From Cenarchaeum sp. (lineage in GTDB: Archaea > Thermoproteota > Nitrososphaeria > Nitrososphaerales > Nitrosopumilaceae): DNA of 64,000 nt. The stretch spans positions 320,001 through 384,000 of the forward strand of contig CBDESU010000002.1 in the NCBI GenBank assembly GCA_965242695.1. The letters run 5' to 3'. The position numbers and the translations under genes were made by a program. Below, piece after piece: positions 30,601 through 40,842 of this stretch (position 1 is its first letter; each line of letters begins with the position of its first letter). Under the pieces are notes generated by a model that made no database searches, had not been told where the DNA came from, and was given only the letters and a program-made list of their open reading frames with translations.

Positions 30601-33600
30601 GCACGTCCCACGGCACGGACGCAAAGTAGGGAGGGGTCGTGTCGGTGACGTTGACCGCGATTATCGTGTGGTTCGACAGCCCGTACGCCGTGCGCGCCGT
30701 CACGTTGAGCAGGTACGAGCCGATGTCAGAGGCGTTCGGGGCGAGCACGATCAGGGCCGTCGTAATGCCGCTGCTGCCGTTGTAGTGGTACGTCATGTTT
30801 GCAAAGGCCGGGGGCGGGACGGTATGGTTCCCAGGCCCGTCGCGCGCTGCGGCAAGCGACATGACGGAGGGCCCCGCCCCCGTCGCGTCCACCTCGATGC
30901 GGGCGGTACGGTCGTACCCCAGCGCGACCGTGGAATTGGACGCGGACATTGCGGGGCCGCCTAGCGAGTCGTCGCGGGTCGCGTTGACGGTGAACTGGGC
31001 CCACGCGTAGTTTCCAGACCTGTCGCCGGCATCGCATGCGACCGTCGTCGTCCCCCACGGTACGGGCGAGCCCTGGCGGGGCCAGCACGACACGTGCACC
31101 TGGCCGTCGACCAGGTCGGTCGCGTTCGGAATGCGGTACGATGCGACCGGCTGCGCGCCCGGCGCGAACGCGAGCGTGAGGCTTGCCGCCGCCTCGAACT
31201 CGGGCGGCGTCGTGTCTTGGACGATCAGGTACATGGTGGCCACAGCCGAGTTGTTTGACGCGTCCGTCGCCGTCCACCGCACGTAGTGGTTGCCAAGTGG
31301 AAGGGGGCCGGCGGGGGTGTGGGAGAGGACGGGACGAGGATCGGCCTCGTCGTATGCTACTACGCCGAGCTGCGTGGCGTTGATGGCTGTGAGGCGGCCG
31401 GTGGCCTCTACGCGCACGTCCCACGGCACGGACGCAAAGTACGGCGGCACGGTATCGGTGACGTTGACCGCGATTATCGTATGGTTTGACAGCCCGTATG
31501 CCGTGCGCGCCGTCACGTTGAGCAGGTGCAGCCCGACGTCAGACGCGTTCGGGGCGAGTGTGATCAAGGCCGTTGTAATGCCGCTGCCCGCGTCGTACCG
31601 GTACGTGAGGTTTGCAAAGGCGGGGGGCTGTACAGCGATGCCGGTTCCGTTGGCGGCAGAGGGTGCAAGCTCGAATACGGAGGGGCCCGCGGCGGCGACG
31701 GCGGCGACCGTCGTGTTCGCCGTTCCCCCGTACGGGACGGCCAGGCTCGCGTTGGACACGGACAGCGAGGGGGGTGCGTCGGGAGGGACGTCGATGGCGT
31801 TGAGCCCCAGCACGCTGCGAAGAGGAGGGTTTCCGGCGATGCCGATCCAGGCCTGCCTAAAGTCCAGTATCGAAGGGCCGTCCGGATCGTGCCGCATCGA
31901 TACGGTCGCGTTCCACACCGCAATTCCGGCGCCGCTCACCGAGTCGCCCGGCTCGTCGGCCGCATCGTACAGGTCCCACAGCGCGCCGGCGACGTTTCCG
32001 GGCACGTCCGCGCCGGCGACGAACCCGTAGACGTGCCGCCCGCCGACGTCGTACGCCGGCACCTCCAAGTCGACGGCGACGGGCAGGTGGTGGTATTGCA
32101 GAGACGGCGACTCCTGCACGACGGCGGCCATAAAGTGCGCCCATCCCGACCGCCACGCGCAGCCGCCCTGTGCAACCGGCAGGTCGATGCGAAGGTGCGC
32201 CGGGCAGGCGGCCTCGCTCCCGGCATTGCCGCCGCCTCCCCCCGGCAGGCCCGCAAGCACGTGGTGCATGTACACGTGCGCTATGGAGGCCGGCGAGGCC
32301 TCGGCTCCGTGCCGCGCCCCCTGCCCGTGCACCGAGCTGACCGTCATTACGCCGGACGTGCGGTTGTACGACGAGGCCGCCGGCGATGCGGGGTCCCACC
32401 TTGCGTCGGCCGCGGGGGCATCGTGTCCGAACTCGACGGCGATGCGGGCATGCGCCTCCCCGATCGCGCCGAGCACCCACAGGGCCCGCCTAAACTCGTG
32501 GCCGTCCGGAACGGTGACGTTGAACCCCCTGATCGGATCCGAGAGGTCGCCCGCCGTCGCTGCGTGCAGCGCGTACGTCGCGTTGCGGGCGTCTGCCACG
32601 CGGGAGTGGGGCGCGTCGGCCTCGAAGACTATGCGCAGGTCCACGGGGGAGGATGGATCGGTCGGGTCGAGCGTGAGCACGCTCATCTCGAAGAACCCCG
32701 TGCGGTCCGTCGCGGTGCAGGCGCCGCGCGGGTCGGACGGGTCTGCAAGGTTGTCCAGCAGCGTCAGCGTGCGGTTGTCGTCCCCCACGTCGTACATGCA
32801 GGCCGAGACGCCTGCCTGGCCGCGCACGATGCCGTCGGCATCGCGCGCGAGCAGTGTCCCGTACACGTACGAAGATATGGTCGGGAACTGGAACGCGCCC
32901 GAGGCGCCCGAGGCGCCCGAGGCGCCCGAGGCGCCCGAGGCGCCCGAGGCGCCGGCAAGCCGGCGGTGCTCGGCGGCGACCGCATCGCGGTAGACTGCGG
33001 GGAGGTCGCCTGCATTATCGGCAAGCCACGCGGCGGCATCGGCGCCTGGAGGGAGCGCCCTTGCAAGGTGGGCGGCCAGGGCGTCGGGGGGAGGGAGCGA
33101 GGATGCGGAGCTTGAATCGCGGGGCATGTCCATGGCGGGGGCCGATTCCGCGGCGGTCGAGCTTGCGGCTGCCGCGTGTGCAGACCGAACGTCAAAGCGG
33201 ACGGCATCGCCGCTTGTCTCAAGCACTGCCAAGGCGCCGGCTACTGCCCCGCCGGCTCCGACCACGCGCACGTCGACAAAGTTCCGCGGAGGCGCAGGCT
33301 GCTCGGAGACCGTAATCGCGATCTCTGCGGTGCGGATGCCCTCGTCCTCGCCAGCGGCGGCTGCAGGCAGGGCCTTTTTGGCGTGGAATACCGCAAACTC
33401 GCCAGGCAGGCCACCCATCTCGACCGTTCCCGGATAGACCGTGTAGCCGGGCGAGGCCACCTCTATGCCGGCCGGAAAGCGCAGCAGTATGAACCCGCCA
33501 CCCGCGGCGGCGGTGTCCTGTGATGCGGCCAGGAAGGGGGCGGCCGTGTAGTTGACCGCGATCAGGCCCGTGCCGCCGACGGGCACGCTCGCCGGAAATG

Positions 33601-33769
33601 CGATCGAAGGAGGCGCGGTTGCCGCCTGCAGGCCGGAGAGCAGCTCGGCGGCATCAGCAACAGGGACGCCCTGCACAAGAAGGGCCGCGGCGGAGGCGAT
33701 CGCAACGGCGACTGTCACCATAGCGGCGGACCTAGCATGCGACCGATCTGCGCGTCTCCTTCCCAACAC
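27686..33769 (-). CDS. large secreted HYR-repeat surface protein with N-terminal zincin-like region
   Basis: signal peptide (...VAVAIASAAALLVQGVPVADA); 5 modules of Ig-like + 2 HYR (DTTPP, ATDLVDG.V...C...G.T.V.C.A.D.SGN); many NxS/T; TTATTAA upstream. Confidence 0.85.
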   Translation of the reverse strand: MLGRRRADRSHARSAAMVTVAVAIASAAALLVQGVPVADAAELLSGLQAATAPPSIAFPASVPVGGTGLIAVNYTAAPFLAASQDTAAAGGGFILLRFPAGIEVASPGYTVYPGTVEMGGLPGEFAVFHAKKALPAAAAGEDEGIRTAEIAITVSEQPAPPRNFVDVRVVGAGGAVAGALAVLETSGDAVRFDVRSAHAAAASSTAAESAPAMDMPRDSSSASSLPPPDALAAHLARALPPGADAAAWLADNAGDLPAVYRDAVAAEHRRLAGASGASGASGASGASGASGAFQFPTISSYVYGTLLARDADGIVRGQAGVSACMYDVGDDNRTLTLLDNLADPSDPRGACTATDRTGFFEMSVLTLDPTDPSSPVDLRIVFEADAPHSRVADARNATYALHAATAGDLSDPIRGFNVTVPDGHEFRRALWVLGAIGEAHARIAVEFGHDAPAADARWDPASPAASSYNRTSGVMTVSSVHGQGARHGAEASPASIAHVYMHHVLAGLPGGGGGNAGSEAACPAHLRIDLPVAQGGCAWRSGWAHFMAAVVQESPSLQYHHLPVAVDLEVPAYDVGGRHVYGFVAGADVPGNVAGALWDLYDAADEPGDSVSGAGIAVWNATVSMRHDPDGPSILDFRQAWIGIAGNPPLRSVLGLNAIDVPPDAPPSLSVSNASLAVPYGGTANTTVAAVAAAGPSVFELAPSAANGTGIAVQPPAFANLTYRYDAGSGITTALITLAPNASDVGLHLLNVTARTAYGLSNHTIIAVNVTDTVPPYFASVPWDVRVEATGRLTAINATQLGVVAYDEADPRPVLSHTPAGPLPLGNHYVRWTATDASNNSAVATMYLIVQDTTPPEFEAAASLTLAFAPGAQPVASYRIPNATDLVDGQVHVSCWPRQGSPVPWGTTTVACDAGDRSGNYAWAQFTVNATRDDSLGGPAMSASNSTVALGYDRTARIEVDATGAGPSVMSLAAARDGPGNHTVPPPAFANMTYHYNGSSGITTALIVLAPNASDIGSYLLNVTARTAYGLSNHTIIAVNVTDTTPPYFASVPWDVHVEATGSLTAINATALGVVAYDEIDPYPSLSHRPAGPLPLGDHYVRWTATDASNNSASATMYLIVRDTTPPRLERTENLTLAFAPGAQPVAFYDVPNATDLVDGPVDATCRPAPYAHIPYGLTTVVCDAADRSGNYAWAQFGINATRNGTLAPPPALETSNSSVAVEYSRTARIEVDAAGEGPVSVELAAAIVDGGSGNRTYPVPAFANLTYRYDGNGTTTALIVLAPNATDVGLHLLNVTARTPYGLSNHTVIRVNVTDTVPPYFASVPWDIAVEATGRLTAVNATRLGVVAYDEADPRPVLSHRPAGPLTLGGHHVRWTATDASGNTASATMYLFVRDTTPPKFAATENLTLAFAPGVQPVAAYPVPNATDLVDGPVQASCWPRQGSPVPWGTTTVACDAIDRSGNYAWVRFNITATGNGTLAPPALAVPNSSVAVEYNRTARIEVDATGAGPVNMSLAAARNGLGNSMAPPPAFANMTYRYDGNGTTTAMITLAPNASDIGSHALNVTARTPYGLSSHATITVNVTDMVPPYFASVPWDVAIEATGNLTALNATALGVAAYDEADPSPVLSSSPSGPLPLGDHRVRWTATDASNNSASATMRLFVVDTTPPSFLGVAVNATLPPYGGGSAGLYALPNATDLVDGAVPVGCSPPPSHSPPAYDGLILVECDASDRSGNSARVWFWVNATREEGGSPGGVGDMPPRLALSNSSVALPYNGTAEVRASAEGQPTIELSLVDPFGGGAAPAPAFARVEYVRPDGNATEALIALSPNATDVGSYAINVTARWAGGAPPAHEVLLVNITDGVPPLLHVPSRAVLEAAGNLTGINASTVGVWAADEADPSPVLSRSPPGPLPVGGHDVLWTATDASNNTVSAWMRLTVRDTTPPVFAGVANLTLAFSGVSQPWANYTVPAALDAVDGADVRVSCQPPPGSPVQWGLTQVVCVALDSPGNIAWARFWLNATGGVAE
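32895..32953 (-). repeat. 9-bp coding repeat (GAS)x6 linker
   Basis: GCGCCCGAG tandem. Confidence 0.9.
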
Positions 33770-33968
33770 AGCGCCGCTAGGCGGCACATTAATAACCATT
33801 TAGCCGATCGGCCAAGCCTCACGCCTGCCCGGGAGTCGATTTCCGATCCGGGGGACGGTCAGAAGATCTTCGCCTCGTCTCCATTGTCTCGGGACCAGCA
33901 TCTCAGGCCGAGATCTGGTCTATCTGCATGCTTGCACACATATTAGGTCGTGGAAGTGGCGCCATGCA

Positions 33969-34613
33969 TTGGAATGGCTAGAAGGAGCATGGGAGTGGGC
34001 AAAAGTAGCATGGGAGTGGCCCTACTTTGATCAAGGTGTCGCCACCGTCACCGCATTCGCTGTCATAGGCGCACCCGCAGTGTGGGCGATCAAGCGGAGG
34101 TGGAACGGCCACCAGACCAGAAAAACGGTGGCGACGGGACTTTGCGCTGAACTCAAGGACGCGATGAGGGCGCTGGATGGTACAGATGGCCGCAAACGAA
34201 GGGAGGTAAGAATAGTAGATTCAGAGTCGTCGCGTCAGACTCCATCATATAAGAAAGTCAACTACACTCTGGCATTTCTAAATCATGATGCCTATGATAG
34301 CTTTTTGTACTCGGGGCACCTTGTAATGCTTAATTCAGAGCTAGTGCAGGATGTGCAAAACGTCTATCAGCGCATAAAGCACCATAACAAGTGGCTAGAG
34401 TACCTGATGCCTTTACTCGACAAGGAGTCTGAAACGGGTAAGAGCAATTTGGCCGTCACGAGCACATATTATGATATCCTTAGCAAATACGAGTCTGAGT
34501 TGTTGGATATGATACCGGCCCTGAAAAAAAGGCTAGAGGTGCTAGCTTCACTTCAGTCTCGACTTGGTAGGCTGGCCTGCCGGTTTCGGGTCGTCAAGCC
34601 CGCCCGGTGCTAG
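33969..34613 (+). CDS. hypothetical membrane-anchored helical protein
   Basis: N-terminal TM segment; lower GC than flanks. Confidence 0.65.
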   Translation: MEWLEGAWEWAKVAWEWPYFDQGVATVTAFAVIGAPAVWAIKRRWNGHQTRKTVATGLCAELKDAMRALDGTDGRKRREVRIVDSESSRQTPSYKKVNYTLAFLNHDAYDSFLYSGHLVMLNSELVQDVQNVYQRIKHHNKWLEYLMPLLDKESETGKSNLAVTSTYYDILSKYESELLDMIPALKKRLEVLASLQSRLGRLACRFRVVKPARC

Positions 34614-35282
34614 CATCCTGTGCATGGGCGCATCAACGCTTTCAGTGGCGCGGGCCGCGGCATATCCCCGTACCGAGCGCTTGCTGTTTGTGTCTGCCAC
34701 AGCGCCTCCCCACAGGACGGCTATAAAAAGGCAGCCCGGGACAAAAACGGCAGGGGCAAGCGGCGGGCAACCGTAGACGCTCGGGCGGACACTCAGATTA
34801 TTGTCGCCAGAAATGACACTTGTCTGGATGGCCCAGCTGACGGGAGCTGGCCCAGGCAGTATGTCCGGGCGCCATCGGCCGCTACTGCTTGCCGCGGCTA
34901 CCGGACTTTGGAGCGGGACGCTCTGCCGGACCCGGGTTCAGGGACACATCGGTGCCCCTAGCCGGATGCAACGGCGCATCCACACTTGCGGAGCGCATCT
35001 CAGAGCCGTCGCCGCCCTTCTGCGCCTTTGATTTAGTCATGCCTAGGCGCCGCGATCCAGGCTTTATTAGCGTTGCCCATGAAGTGCACCCGGAGACATG
35101 CAATTGTCGATAAATCACGCTCCCGCCGCGTCCCGATCTGGAACCGCGGGCCAGAACGTCAGGTGCTGTCTTTAGCATCAGTGCGATCACCGGCAACGCC
35201 GCCGGTCCTTCGGCATGCCTGCCGCTCATCCGAGGGTCGCAGGAATTCGCCTGACGCCATCCCCCGTCCCCCGGCGATGCAT

Positions 35283-36389
35283 CTACGACTTAGCGACTGG
35301 TAGCGACGCGGCGACGGGGTACCCGCGCCTCCTAGCGATCGCGTAGTGCCGACCGAGATCCCGCTCAAGGCCGCCCATCCTGCCCAGCTGCACGACGGGC
35401 GCCGCGCCCTTCCTCCTTTCGGCGTTCCTGCGCGCTAGCGCGTCGACGTACTCGGGAGGCGGGAGCATGCGCACCTTTTCGCGGCCGCATCCCTGGCATG
35501 CGAGGACGAGGTTCCACGCCCTGGCCCCGCCCACGTAGTCGGCCGGCAGGAAGTGGTCGATGCACATGCGCTCGTCGGGCCGTGGGCGCGCGTCGCAATA
35601 GAAGCAGTGTCGCCCCCCGATCTCCAGGCCGGGCAGGAACCCGCACACGCTCTCGCATCCGTCGTAGGCCGCGAGGAACCTGCCGGCCAGGTTGGGGGAG
35701 CCGGGGTTGAGCGAGTCGGTGGCCCGTAGCCATTCGAGTGCGACGGCCCTGCTCAGCGCCCCGTAGTTCTCGCGTAAGAACCGCGATGCGGCTCGGTTCA
35801 CCAGTATCCCGCCCCTCAGGTCGACCCGGCGACTGCCCTCCTTGTCCGCCGGCCCCGCCGCGTACTGGTAGAACATGCGCGGCTCCCTGCCGCCGACCTT
35901 TTGGAACCTGTAGACGACCTGCCTTGGCATGACCCTTGCGATCTCCTTTATGCACCGCCCGGTCCTCTCGGGCTCGTCGCGGATTGCCTGGCAGACCGAC
36001 TGCCCGTACTCGCCTTCTCCAAACTCCTTCTCGATCGCCGTCATGACCAGGGGCGTCTCGGTGGCGGGCCCCTGCCGGAGCCCCGCATTGCATGCAAGGG
36101 GCCAGTAGTATGCGAAAAAGTACCGCGCAATCTCGGCGTACCTCACCCTTATGCCGCCTGCGGTGTCGACCGCCCCCGGCGCTTCCTTGTCCCTCGGCCG
36201 CCCGTACATCCGCAGCACCATGCACGGATCGCAGCAGAGGTCGAGCAGGAACCGGGCCATTGCGAACTTGTACGTGTTGTTCCTCCTGCCCTCACTTGCG
36301 ATCGCGACGAACCAGTCGCGGAACTCCCCGTTGGACCATTTGGCAAAGCCGAACCGCTCGCGGCCGCCGCCCTCCTTTCCCCCAGCCAT
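35283..36389 (-). CDS. HNH endonuclease-family protein
   Basis: NNTYKFA N-domain; CFYC...IDHFLP...WNLVLACQGC. Confidence 0.75.
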   Translation of the reverse strand: MAGGKEGGGRERFGFAKWSNGEFRDWFVAIASEGRRNNTYKFAMARFLLDLCCDPCMVLRMYGRPRDKEAPGAVDTAGGIRVRYAEIARYFFAYYWPLACNAGLRQGPATETPLVMTAIEKEFGEGEYGQSVCQAIRDEPERTGRCIKEIARVMPRQVVYRFQKVGGREPRMFYQYAAGPADKEGSRRVDLRGGILVNRAASRFLRENYGALSRAVALEWLRATDSLNPGSPNLAGRFLAAYDGCESVCGFLPGLEIGGRHCFYCDARPRPDERMCIDHFLPADYVGGARAWNLVLACQGCGREKVRMLPPPEYVDALARRNAERRKGAAPVVQLGRMGGLERDLGRHYAIARRRGYPVAASLPVAKS

Positions 36390-36692
36390 CGAGCCGGCCG
36401 CTGGACGGCCCCAAAATAACCCTTGCGGCGCCCGTCCGGCCGGCGGCCCACGCGGCCCCATGCGGTCCCTCCCGGCTCGGCGGTGAAGAGGCCCCTGTCG
36501 GGGGCCGTGCCGGCCGGCGCGGCCCCGCTCGCCTCCGCCCCTCCCTGCGCGCCAGGGCGCCCCCGCGGCGGCGGCGAGGCGTATCGTCTCCTCCTGCCGT
36601 CCTTAGCCCACGTTTTACGCACTTATGTAGGGCATTCTGGCGCCCCCGCTCGTTGGCCCGCAGAAGTGGTGGCTCGACCCGTCTCGCCGCGG

Positions 36693-37379
36693 ATGCTCGG
36701 CAGCCAGTGGGCCTTTGTGTTCAGCCTGTTCCACGACCTTGAAGAGGTCGGCGCCAGCCTGGACCCGCTCATCCAAAGGTACCTCCCGATCGCCATCGCA
36801 ACGTGCCTAGAGCTGTTCTACCGCCAGGTCGGGCAGCGCCTGTTCAATGCCAGCGCCCACATGCACACCCCCGTCAACATCAGCATCACGCTCGCCCGCT
36901 TGGACGAGTTCCGGCGCGTCCTGGGCCTCTTTACGCAGGCCGACCTGTTCCGGCACAACCGCAGGGTCCAGGGCGTCGACGACATTAGGTCGATCCAGGA
37001 AGAGCTCGGCATGGAGAGCGTGTTCAAGGGAGACCCAAGGCTGCTCGATGTGTCGCACCAGATGTTCGGGGTGCGCAACAACAACGCACACGGGGCCGGC
37101 GCCGGGCGGTACGACGTGCGCCTGTTCCTGTGGGCGCTGCGCAGGCACCTTGAAAAGGTCCTCGGGCAGCTGCCTCCCATGCGCGCCGTCTTTTGGCTGA
37201 TCGGCGCGGGCAGGGCCGACCGGCGCGGCGACCGGGATGCCGCCCTCGGGCTCTGCCGCAGGGCGGCCGAGGAGGCAGACGCCGCGGCCGCGGCCGGCGC
37301 TGCGCGGGACACGGCGGTCGGCCTCGACTGCCTTTTGTCTGGGATGCGGCCGCAGGCGACCGCAGGCGACCGCTTCTGA
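36693..37379 (+). CDS. HEPN-like domain protein
   Basis: helical protein with early LE.F and RNNNAH (Rx4H) motif; start uncertain. Confidence 0.55.
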   Translation: MLGSQWAFVFSLFHDLEEVGASLDPLIQRYLPIAIATCLELFYRQVGQRLFNASAHMHTPVNISITLARLDEFRRVLGLFTQADLFRHNRRVQGVDDIRSIQEELGMESVFKGDPRLLDVSHQMFGVRNNNAHGAGAGRYDVRLFLWALRRHLEKVLGQLPPMRAVFWLIGAGRADRRGDRDAALGLCRRAAEEADAAAAAGAARDTAVGLDCLLSGMRPQATAGDRF

Positions 37380-37474
37380 TCGACATAGCCCATGTGGTCG
37401 CACCATACCTGAGGCACAAAACTGGTACAGTGCAAAGGGCTCTCTTCCGCTCTAGGAAGCTAGGACGGTCACAT

Positions 37475-40399
37475 TCACGGCTTGGCCGAGCCGCAGGCCA
37501 GCCCGCCGTCTTTTTTGCTGCGGGTTCTGGGCCGGGATCGCTTCATCACGCTCGGCTCTGCGCACCACAGCCGGGTGAGCTCCCTGTAGTCATACCCGGG
37601 CGCGCCGAGCATGCTGGTCACGGCCGCGCTTATTCTGTCACGCGCCTTGTCCCCATCCGACTGGTAAGCGGGGCGTAGTGATATGGGCCTTGGGCGGGCG
37701 TGCCCTTTTTGGCTTGTCCCCACGCGGTGTCGGGATTGCCGCACCAGCGGCCCCGCCATTTCGTCGAACTGGGCCGCCGCCGCGTCCAGCGCGTCGTCAC
37801 CAAGCTTGGCAAAGTCGGGGCACTGCACCTTTGCGACCGCGCCGACCTGCATCCTAGAGCGGGCGTCCTGCTGCGATCTCTGCCCGTTGGCCCAGTGTGC
37901 CACCATGCCGAACACGGAGTTTGCCCACAGCGCAAACGCCTTCATGACGCGCCTGTCGCCGTGCCGGAGCCCGACCCAGGCGCTCCCGCCCATCACCCTG
38001 CGCCTTGTCATTACGGCGACCATGGCCTGCGATGACCACGTCATGTTCTTCTGGAAGAACAGCGTGGTCCGCCTGCCCCACATGTCGCCGGCTCTCTGTC
38101 CGCCGTCGCCCCCGCCGTCGACATGCACTGTCCCCTTGTGGGTCGGCGTGGCCAGGAGATGCCTCTGCCTTTTTCCGTCCGACTTCCACATGGAGCGGTG
38201 CAGCCCGACCGCATCGGGCTTGCCAGTGACGGGCGTGAATGTGAATGCGCCGCGGGCGTCCCTTTTTTCCAGATGCCCTATGAGGTCGTGCGTGGGGCCC
38301 ACCTCGAACAGGTCCCCGATGGTGGTCATGTCGAACGTTGAGGCCAGATCGCCCTCCATGTCCAGCAGGCGGCCGCCAAGCAGTCCGTTCTTGATCATCT
38401 CTAGGACATCGCTGACCGACCCGACCGCGCTCCACGGCTCTCCCTCACGAGCCTCAAACGTGTGGGATACGCCGATCTCGTCGCCCCCCAGCGTTATGGT
38501 CCCCGCGTCCGGCCCCGCCATTACGGCCTTTGCCACCTCCGCCGCCTCGCCGACGCGCAGCACGGGCTCGTGGAGGGTCACGCAGCGAACGGGGGACGAG
38601 TCCTTGGACCTCTCGCCCCTTTTCGTGCCGACCAGCATTATTTCCTCCAGCATCGTGTCGGCCGATAGCGCATCCTTGCCCAGCGCCTTTCCCGGCGACA
38701 CTGCCACAACTGTAATGTCGGTAAACCACGCCTCGACCATCCTGCGCGTGGTCGCCCACACGTCGGAAAACGCCGCCGTCCTGGGAAGGACGAACCCTAT
38801 GCGCCCGCCAGGCCTTGCTTTTTTGCGCGCAATGCACAGGAACGTGGCGGCCATTCCCGCCCTCTTGTCGCAGTCCTCGCCCTTGATCAAATCGCCCCAC
38901 CTCTTTTTGCACGCCTTCTTCTCGTCGTCGGACAGGCCGTCCAGATCAAACGCACTCTGCCCGCCCCTCGTGCGCGAGTATGGCGGATTCATAAGCACTG
39001 CGGCTATTTCACCGTCCCTTACCACCACCGACTCGCCCGCGCCGCTGCGCCCCGTCGACAGGCCGAATCCCTCGGAAAAGAGGTCCTGTATGGAGTTGTG
39101 CCCGATGTACTCGATCGATCCCGTCCTGTTCTGGTTGCCGACCCCAACCCAGCCCACGTTTGTCTTTCCGTACGGCTGCCTTGACACCACGGCGAGGCTG
39201 GTCGATGTCAGGTGCGCCGCTATGGGCGATATGTCCGCGCCGTACAGACCCGCCTCCATCGCCCGCCGATGCAGGAGCTCTAGAGTTTTTGTCGTGCCGC
39301 CGCCTTGTTCATGATATAACCTCACTTGCCGGTATCCAAACCGCAGAAGTGTCCCGGTCCCGCACGACATGTCCGCAATTTTGAATGTTTCGAACAGATC
39401 GGGGCTGACCCAATCAGCCATGTCCTTTCTGATCGTGGCGTAGGCGAGGAACTCCGCCGTGGGCGGCTGGGTGTAGAATGCGGCAGACTCCTTTCGATCC
39501 TTGCTGAGCTTTGGGAACAGCTCGGCGCCTATGTTTATCTCGCTTCCGATCTTTGCCGCGTCTATTGTTGCGGCGGCCCTGTGGAGGCGGTCAAACGACC
39601 TGGCGACTGCGCCTGGCGCGATCAGCAGTAGATCATCCAGTATGCGGACGGCCGGCTCGAATATCGCCCTCCAGTTTATCTCGTATATTTTTTTCCACGC
39701 ATCGGCGCACTCGAGCGGGTTTTGCGACGGCTTTGGTATGTCGTAGAGTCCGCCATACAGCGCCTTTTGGACCAGGATCGCGTTGAGCCATAGTATGCAC
39801 GTGGTTTGCAGCCCGTTGAGCGCTGATCTCTGGTACAGGATTTGGGACAGGTTGCGCAGGTACTCGTCGTCTACTGCGCCATCCAGTATGTTGGCCGCCT
39901 CCTTGACGCACGTGGCCACATCCTGCGCCGCCCGTTCTACGTCCTCCCTTGGTACAGATGCGGACGAGACGAGCCGTGCGATGTCTTCGTACGATCCTTC
40001 TATGAAGCCGCGCGCGGGAAACCGGCGGTAGCCGTCTGTCGACGTCTTCTGATGCACGGCGTACCTAAGGACGTGCCGCTGGCTGAGGCGCGCTGTGTTG
40101 CGGTGGGACTTTTGAAGCTCGACCGCTATCGCGGTCTTGATTTCGTCCCCGTTCTTTGCGTAGTGCTTGCCAAGTCGCGCCTTGGCATCCTCGTCTGCAT
40201 CGCGGCGGACGTAGGACGTCTCGATCGCCACCGGAGGCATGTCTTGCCCGGCGACCAGTATGTCGACGCGCAGTGACTTTGACTCGCGGAGCAGGCGGGT
40301 CTCTTCGACGAATATGGACTTTTTCCACGCGGGCTTGGAGCCTGCGAGTGCATCACCGAGCGCGCGGTTGAATGCCTGCTCGCCCCTCAAGGCATGCAC
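37475..40399 (-). CDS. type IIG-like restriction-modification enzyme (endonuclease + N6-adenine MTase + TRD)
   Basis: VDIL...AIETS nuclease-like N-terminus; FYTQP, DMSCGTGTL (motif I), NPPY (motif IV). Confidence 0.85.
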   Translation of the reverse strand: MHALRGEQAFNRALGDALAGSKPAWKKSIFVEETRLLRESKSLRVDILVAGQDMPPVAIETSYVRRDADEDAKARLGKHYAKNGDEIKTAIAVELQKSHRNTARLSQRHVLRYAVHQKTSTDGYRRFPARGFIEGSYEDIARLVSSASVPREDVERAAQDVATCVKEAANILDGAVDDEYLRNLSQILYQRSALNGLQTTCILWLNAILVQKALYGGLYDIPKPSQNPLECADAWKKIYEINWRAIFEPAVRILDDLLLIAPGAVARSFDRLHRAAATIDAAKIGSEINIGAELFPKLSKDRKESAAFYTQPPTAEFLAYATIRKDMADWVSPDLFETFKIADMSCGTGTLLRFGYRQVRLYHEQGGGTTKTLELLHRRAMEAGLYGADISPIAAHLTSTSLAVVSRQPYGKTNVGWVGVGNQNRTGSIEYIGHNSIQDLFSEGFGLSTGRSGAGESVVVRDGEIAAVLMNPPYSRTRGGQSAFDLDGLSDDEKKACKKRWGDLIKGEDCDKRAGMAATFLCIARKKARPGGRIGFVLPRTAAFSDVWATTRRMVEAWFTDITVVAVSPGKALGKDALSADTMLEEIMLVGTKRGERSKDSSPVRCVTLHEPVLRVGEAAEVAKAVMAGPDAGTITLGGDEIGVSHTFEAREGEPWSAVGSVSDVLEMIKNGLLGGRLLDMEGDLASTFDMTTIGDLFEVGPTHDLIGHLEKRDARGAFTFTPVTGKPDAVGLHRSMWKSDGKRQRHLLATPTHKGTVHVDGGGDGGQRAGDMWGRRTTLFFQKNMTWSSQAMVAVMTRRRVMGGSAWVGLRHGDRRVMKAFALWANSVFGMVAHWANGQRSQQDARSRMQVGAVAKVQCPDFAKLGDDALDAAAAQFDEMAGPLVRQSRHRVGTSQKGHARPRPISLRPAYQSDGDKARDRISAAVTSMLGAPGYDYRELTRLWCAEPSVMKRSRPRTRSKKDGGLACGSAKP

Positions 40400-40504
40400 C
40401 CCCTGCAGGGATGCGCCCGCGTCCGTATGGGGCGGCCTGCCAGACGATCGCAGATCGCCCCTGAAACATCAGGGCGGCGCCTGCCGGGGGACTTGGAGCC
40501 TGTT

Positions 40505-40842
40505 AGCGGAGCGGAGCGGAGCGGAGCGGAGCGGAGCGGAGCGGAGCGGAGCGGAGCGGAGCGGAGCGGAGCGGAGCGGAGCGGAGCGGAGCGGAGCGGA
40601 GCGGAGCGGAGCGGAGCGGAGCGGAGCGGAGCGGAGCGGAGCGGAGCGGAGCGGAGCGGAGCGGAGCGGAGCGGAGCGGAGCGGAGCGGAGCGGAGCGGA
40701 GCGGAGCGGAGCGGAGCGGAGCGGAGCGGAGCGGAGCGGAGCGGAGCGGAGCGGAGCGGAGCGGAGCGGAGCGGAGCGGAGCGGAGCGGAGCGGAGCGGA
40801 GCGGAGCGGAGCGGAGCGGAGCGGAGCGGAGCGGAGCGGAGC
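40505..40842. repeat. (AGCGG)67 perfect pentanucleotide microsatellite
   Basis: 338 bp of uninterrupted AGCGG. Confidence 0.98.
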
